A stretch of DNA of 56,167 nt, filler included, from Basidiobolus ranarum (lineage: Eukaryota): NCBI GenBank assembly GCA_040143965.1. It is 4 parts of 4 records of this genome, joined end to end, with 100 filler letters (N's around TTAATTAATTAA, not from the genome) between each part and the next. Parts side by side here need not be neighbours in the genome. Positions count along the whole stretch, not along the records: positions 42,219 to 56,167 come from JASJQH010007326.1; 3 more parts are not named here. The stretch is one strand, 5' to 3'. The position numbers and the translations under genes were made by a program. Below, piece by piece: positions 51,327 through 56,167 of the stretch; within the stretch, counting starts at the first letter, position 1, and every line of letters begins with the position of its first letter. The notes under the pieces are model-generated. The model saw nothing but the letters and a program-made list of their open reading frames with translations, made no database searches and had not been told where the DNA came from.

Positions 51327-53459
51327 TCAAGAAATAATACAGTCACTTTGTTCATGTTTCTCTTGCCTAATCGCACCAATGTCTCTCTTCAGTGGAATTG
51401 TATTGGTTCCATTAGCTAGTCTTCGCTGAGCATCTTGGCTCCCATGGGCAGCTGCTTTAATGTACCAATTGTTAGCATTGTGAAGATCTACTGGAACTCC
51501 TACACCGATCTCATAATAATAACCCATGGCAAATTCTGCTTTGGGCAAACCTTTACAGGCAGCTTGGAAGCACCAGCTGTGAGCCAAATCATCATTCTGC
51601 TCCAGTATCCCTTCCGCTCCACTGGCATACCACCCACTCAAACCCATCTGGCAGTCAGGATCTCCTTTCTCAGCACCCTCTCTGAAGAATTCGATGGATT
51701 TAAGGGGATTAACCGGATAGCCCAGTTCACCAAATTCATAACAGGTACCAAGTCGATACAGAGCAGGACAATATCCCAATCTGGCAGCTTTTTCTATATA
51801 CTCTTGACCCATCTCCAAGTCATGATGAAGTGTAGTGATATCGACCAATTTAAAGTCACCAGTGAGAACAGTTCCATACAAATAAGCCCCATTAGGGCAA
51901 TCTTTGTTGGCCTCTTTGGCGGAGCGAGACAGATAGAGCATAGCATGGTTTAGATTTGGCTTTAGTTTGATCTCGCCATAAAGGTATGCAGTACCTAGTC
52001 TATAATTAGCAGATACATCACCTCTACTGGCCGCCTTTAGATAGAACTGCACCGCCCTGCTGTATTCCTTTTTTCGTTCGTAAAAGTGGCCTACTTTATA
52101 AGTAGATTTGACGAATCCGTACTTTGAGGAACTTTTATAAAGGGAGAGTGCTTTATCAGGGTTTTGAGGGAAGTTATACATTCCCTTTTCCAACCAACCA
52201 GCGAAAATAAACATAGCCTCAGGTTGACCAGACTTTTGTAATCTTTTGATCCAGAATATCGCTTCATCTAATAATTTTTGAATCGAAGTATTACCATCCT
52301 TAGCGTTAGGGTCACCAAACATCGTTGATAAAGATAGTAAATATTTGGCGAATTCCAATTGAATTCTTGGGTCATTGGTTTTTTTGGCTGTCTCCCGATA
52401 CATGCCCAAAGCTGACTCTTCATTCACCAGAGTTAAAGATGCACGTTGAGTCGTTGCTGACATGGATCGTTTTAGTGAAGCACTAGGTCCAGGTAAGTTA
52501 AGTAAAGGGGGGTTAGTGTGGTTAAGGTTACGGTTACGGTTAAGTTTACTTGGAGAGAAGTCTTTAGGTCGAAGTTCGATGATTGAAGTTGGTCTAGGAG
52601 ACAAACATTGCGAACTAATAGTAGAGCTACGGAGAGTGGCATAATCATCCGAGGTAAGGGAATCATCCGAGTTGCGTCCAACTAATGCATGATTATTTAC
52701 CGAAGAATTAAAATGACTACAATGTTGATTTTGAAGGGTATTTAGATGTTCTTGATTACTGCAAGAGGCTCCTACAGTAGACTGACTTCCATACACGTGC
52801 GAATTATGATAAACAGACTCCGGGGAAGAGTGATCTGTATCAGTTGACATGCATAATGCTTGAAATCTATCCCTTAGCTCTTTTTCTATATCCTCATCTG
52901 ATTCATAAGGAAGTGAGTCGTCAGGAACATTGGCTAATATGTTTCCTTCATCCAGTATTATCTCGTTTTCTGTGATGATATTCGATTGTTCTACCATCAA
53001 AGGCACAGGCGGAGTGGGGGGTGGTTGTACATCATATTGAGGAGGTGGGTATAAATAATTATATTGCACATGATACGTTGAAGGTATAGGAGTAGAAGGT
53101 AAAGCACCGACGAAGTTGTTTTTTGTCAAGTGGGAAAATTGTGGCCTAACCCTGGTAGCTGTGTTTGCAATAGAGCTTGGTGGAGGTAGATACCCGTAAT
53201 TATAATAAAGTGGTGGATAACTCTGTGGACGATACATATATGGAGAATATACAACTTTAGTATTCGAGGAGGTTCTTGAGTCGTTATTAAAACCAGGATC
53301 TAACGAATGTGGTACTCGAATGAGAGGTGTTTCCTCTTTATTGTTTGAATGGACTGTTGCATATTCGGCTGTTGAAGGATATGGTCTGGGCCCTAGAGGT
53401 TTTTTGGACCTGTTTGTCACTCGGTCCTTTGTTGAGTGACGAGTCTCAGGCGAAAGCAT
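51327..53459 (-). CDS. SEL1-repeat chitin synthase activator (Chs4/Skt5-like) with C-terminal CAAX box
   Basis: Disordered Pro/Tyr/Ser-rich N-half, YRETAKKTNDPRIQLEFAKYL, multiple SEL1 repeats (LYRLGTCYEFG, AEFAMGYYYEIGVGV...WYIKAA) and the ending CIIS. Confidence 0.9.
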   Translation of the reverse strand: MLSPETRHSTKDRVTNRSKKPLGPRPYPSTAEYATVHSNNKEETPLIRVPHSLDPGFNNDSRTSSNTKVVYSPYMYRPQSYPPLYYNYGYLPPPSSIANTATRVRPQFSHLTKNNFVGALPSTPIPSTYHVQYNYLYPPPQYDVQPPPTPPVPLMVEQSNIITENEIILDEGNILANVPDDSLPYESDEDIEKELRDRFQALCMSTDTDHSSPESVYHNSHVYGSQSTVGASCSNQEHLNTLQNQHCSHFNSSVNNHALVGRNSDDSLTSDDYATLRSSTISSQCLSPRPTSIIELRPKDFSPSKLNRNRNLNHTNPPLLNLPGPSASLKRSMSATTQRASLTLVNEESALGMYRETAKKTNDPRIQLEFAKYLLSLSTMFGDPNAKDGNTSIQKLLDEAIFWIKRLQKSGQPEAMFIFAGWLEKGMYNFPQNPDKALSLYKSSSKYGFVKSTYKVGHFYERKKEYSRAVQFYLKAASRGDVSANYRLGTAYLYGEIKLKPNLNHAMLYLSRSAKEANKDCPNGAYLYGTVLTGDFKLVDITTLHHDLEMGQEYIEKAARLGYCPALYRLGTCYEFGELGYPVNPLKSIEFFREGAEKGDPDCQMGLSGWYASGAEGILEQNDDLAHSWCFQAACKGLPKAEFAMGYYYEIGVGVPVDLHNANNWYIKAAAHGSQDAQRRLANGTNTIPLKRDIGAIRQEKHEQSDCIIS

Positions 53460-53782
53460 TTTAAAGAAATACAGTCAGATGTAAATTAAATAAATTTCAT
53501 GAGAATAAAGGAGGCTTTTCGCCCAATTTATTAGATATAAAGGTGAAAGCTTAACAGACGGTGAGGAAACTCGACATGGAAAGAGGCTGAGTCCCATGGG
53601 ACCGAATAGGTTTTACTTACTATAAATAGAAGGAGAGAATCACTAGTCTAAATGGAAAAGCCAATAACAAACTGTTAATTAAAACTACAGTGCGAGCCAA
53701 GATGCTGTGTATATCGAATGATGCCAAGCAACAGCTTGGACGGGAGGAGGAGGGTGGAGTTTATCCATTACTACTAATCAAA

Positions 53783-54158
53783 TTAGGGTAAGGTTTGCTG
53801 AGGATAGAGCAAATTCATTGCCTAAAAGTAGCCAGGAGAAGGGTTAAGGAAAAGGGTTAGGGATAAGGAATAATACGCCAGCTTAGGGTTAGGGTTAGAT
53901 ATGTTTGTCGGATGAATGACCGATGCTACCGAGAATATAAAAGGAACTATCACTTCATTTAACCAATAGGATGCACCTTGGGATGGATTATACCATTTCT
54001 TCATATTTCGAATTCCAGAACTCGATCGCGTAGGAGAATTAGGAACCCGCCAGAAATCTCGATCGAAATACATTTCGTTTAGTGGGTAAGGTAGGGTTAG
54101 GTACTAGTTATGATGGGTTAGCTGTCATCTGGCGCTTTCCATGAATCTAATTTTAGGG
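53783..54158 (+). repeat. Cluster of telomere-like TTAGGG motifs in divergent intergenic region
   Basis: TTAGGG at 53783, 53857 and 54153, TTAGGGTTAGGGTTAG at 53883-53898 and TAGGGTTAGG at 54092-54101, all on the + strand. Confidence 0.6.
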
Positions 54159-54287
54159 TCAGCATACGGTATATTTCAACTACTTTAGGAATGTCCTGAT
54201 TAATTATTATTCCTCAAACCTTGGAGTAAATTTCCTTTAAAAGCCCTTTCTATCTCTTCGTTGGCCTTCATATTTTATTCAGTTGTC

Positions 54288-55480
54288 ATGTCATCACGTA
54301 TGTAGTTACAGTCTTTGAACAAAGATAGCCTACTCTATAAAAATACTAACTGCTTTATCTTCCTTCATAGCACTTTACCTGGCTTGCGATCTCGCCGAAA
54401 AGAAAGGAATTCCTATAGCATCTCAATTAGGTTGCCAAGATCTTAAATGGACTTTGGCTGGTGGTTCAGCCACAGAGAGCGCCACTTTCTACATTAAGCT
54501 AGATGATGGAGGAGCGTTGTTTGTACAGTTAGCACACTCCAGTATAGGGTAAGGACCATACAAATAACATCTACTTTTATTCTTCTCTAAATTTTACATG
54601 TTTTAGATTGAGTCCTACCATTCAAACCACTGCCCAATATTTCTCGGGCGGAATACATAAATTTGAAACTGCCAATCGTTCTTCCCGGACTTTCAAAGTC
54701 TCCGCTGACAAAAGCTCGGCATCTGTCGAAGGACTGTCCATCACAAACAATCCCGAAAATCCTGGTTTAGATGTTAAAGCTACTCTCAAGTCATTGAGTG
54801 TAGAATTCAAGTTTTCCATCATTGATTCTGGCTTCCAGATTGGCGAAGGAAAAACTTTCTTTAGAGAGATCAATCCCACCAACTTCATTTGCCATCAGTC
54901 TTTCCCTAAGGGCTCCATCAAAGGCACAATTACATTTGATGGCGAAACCCGTCAAATTTCCGGTCATGGATATTATATTCATGCGGTTCTCAGTATGAAG
55001 CCTCACGAAGTAGCCACCAAATGTAATTTAATCACACTTCAAAGTGGTGATAATGCCTTAAGTTTACTTCACTTTGACACACCAAAATGCTTTAACAATG
55101 TCCCCGTAACCCAATCTTCCTTGATTTTGAACAACAAACTGGTAGCAGTGACAGTGAAGAACACCGCACGTTACGTAACTACCAAAGTAGACCCAGAGAA
55201 TGGCTATGAGGTTCCTACCGAAGTCCAATACACTATGGATGGCGACACACTTGATGGCCAACCATTCCACTGCGAAGCCTCCATCAAATTGAACAATCTA
55301 TTGACCAAAGTAGATGTCTTGCGTGAACTACCCTATATTCTTCGAAAGCTCATCCAATATCTCTTTACCAAGCCCTATGTTTACCAATACTTTGATGATG
55401 CTGAAGTTGTAGCTACCGTAGGGGATGAGCAAGTCACTTTCGGTGGAAAAGCCTTCTTTGAGTGCTCATTCTTGAATTAG
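54288..55480 (+). CDS. SVF1: Survival factor 1 (Svf1-like) protein, 3 exons
   Basis: 10-nt first exon ATGTCATCAC|gtatgt. Exon 2 reads DLKWTLAGGSATESATFY...FVQLAHSSIG and exon 3 LSPTIQ...HAVLSMKPHEVA...KVDVLRELP...TKPYVYQY...ECSFLN. Confidence 0.85.
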
Positions 55481-56087
55481 GGACTTTTGTTACTTTACTC
55501 CATATTTTGGTGATGTTTCATTTCAAACTTCATTACAATCATCCACTTCCACTTCCATATCAATCCCAATCCCAATACCACATTATACATTAGAATTTTT
55601 GAAAATACTGAACTTCTTCACTCATTATACATTCCCATTCCCATGCCTATGCCCATCAACATTGTATTAAAGAATCATCTGAAAGATGAAATGGGGTGAT
55701 ATGGAGTAGGGTGTGAAATAAATGATACTAACTATCTCAAGTTTAGTCGAATCTTGTCTATTCGTTATTGTTATTGTTATTATTATTACGTAACAAACAG
55801 TATTCGAAAACGTTAATTCATCACCGCAAATAGCCTTTTCAAATGGGGAACAGATAGCCTATTATTATATCATGAAAGTTCCCTTTTATGGCAATCCAAT
55901 TACTATTACTTTTTATTATCAGTTTCGGTTTCGGCTTCGGTTTCGATTAGGATTCATTTCTCAGCCAGCTGATTCTTCGGACATGTCTGAAATTAAATAT
56001 GCCATTAAACAATCAAAAACCATTACTGGATAATGACGTTGATTTGATGTCAACAATACTGCAGAGATTTGTGTGATATCACGATTA

Positions 56088-56141
56088 AAGCTAGTTACAT
56101 TGGAGGTATGAGATAAGCTAGTTACATTCGAGGTGTGAGAT
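56088..56141 (+). repeat. 27-bp tandem duplication
   Basis: aagctagttacatt(g/c)gaggt(a/g)tgagat occurs twice. Confidence 0.85.
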
Positions 56142-56167
56142 AGATGGATTGCTATCATTGCATAAGT

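Noticed and set aside
52511..52545. GGTTA(A/C) hexamer run resembling a telomeric repeat
   Set aside because: It lies within the Chs4-like CDS and simply encodes LNRNRNLNH on the minus strand.
1..56167. tRNA, rRNA or snRNA genes and intact transposase or reverse transcriptase ORFs
   Set aside because: None recognised by eye. tRNAscan-SE, Infernal and RepeatMasker would be needed to exclude small RNAs and relics.

Overview
Eukaryotic, AT-rich fungal DNA with short (roughly 40-95 nt) spliceosomal introns. Gene content and style suggest an early-diverging fungus (Zoopagomycota/Mucoromycota, Basidiobolus-like); this is inference only. The window is four contigs joined by three artificial 100-nt spacers (44 N + TTAATTAATTAA + 44 N), so adjacency across gaps is unproven. 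Genes in order: PRP8 (runs off the left edge, no intein at the classic site), a decayed HINT3-like HIT pseudogene, TIM50, two tandem KRE6/SKN1-type GH16 genes, two tandem secreted Cys-rich probably GPI-anchored proteins, a rhomboid protease, an RTA1-family gene with one in-frame TAG, an alpha/beta hydrolase, an AVT2/SLC38-like transporter (gap-truncated), an alpha-arrestin, a class-III aminotransferase, PCK1 plus a second gap-truncated PCK1, pirin (gap-truncated), an intron-rich YGR210C-like OBG GTPase, two convergent PRM10/ThrE-like membrane proteins, a SEL1-repeat Chs4/Skt5-like protein and SVF1. I cannot support a clearly new biological system. The notable points are four local paralog pairs in 56 kb (two with tracts suggesting gene conversion), two nonsense-disrupted genes, a probable GC-AG intron with an equally in-frame 4-nt-shifted GT-AG alternative, an unannotated ~325-bp dispersed repeat and a TTAGGG cluster in a divergent promoter.
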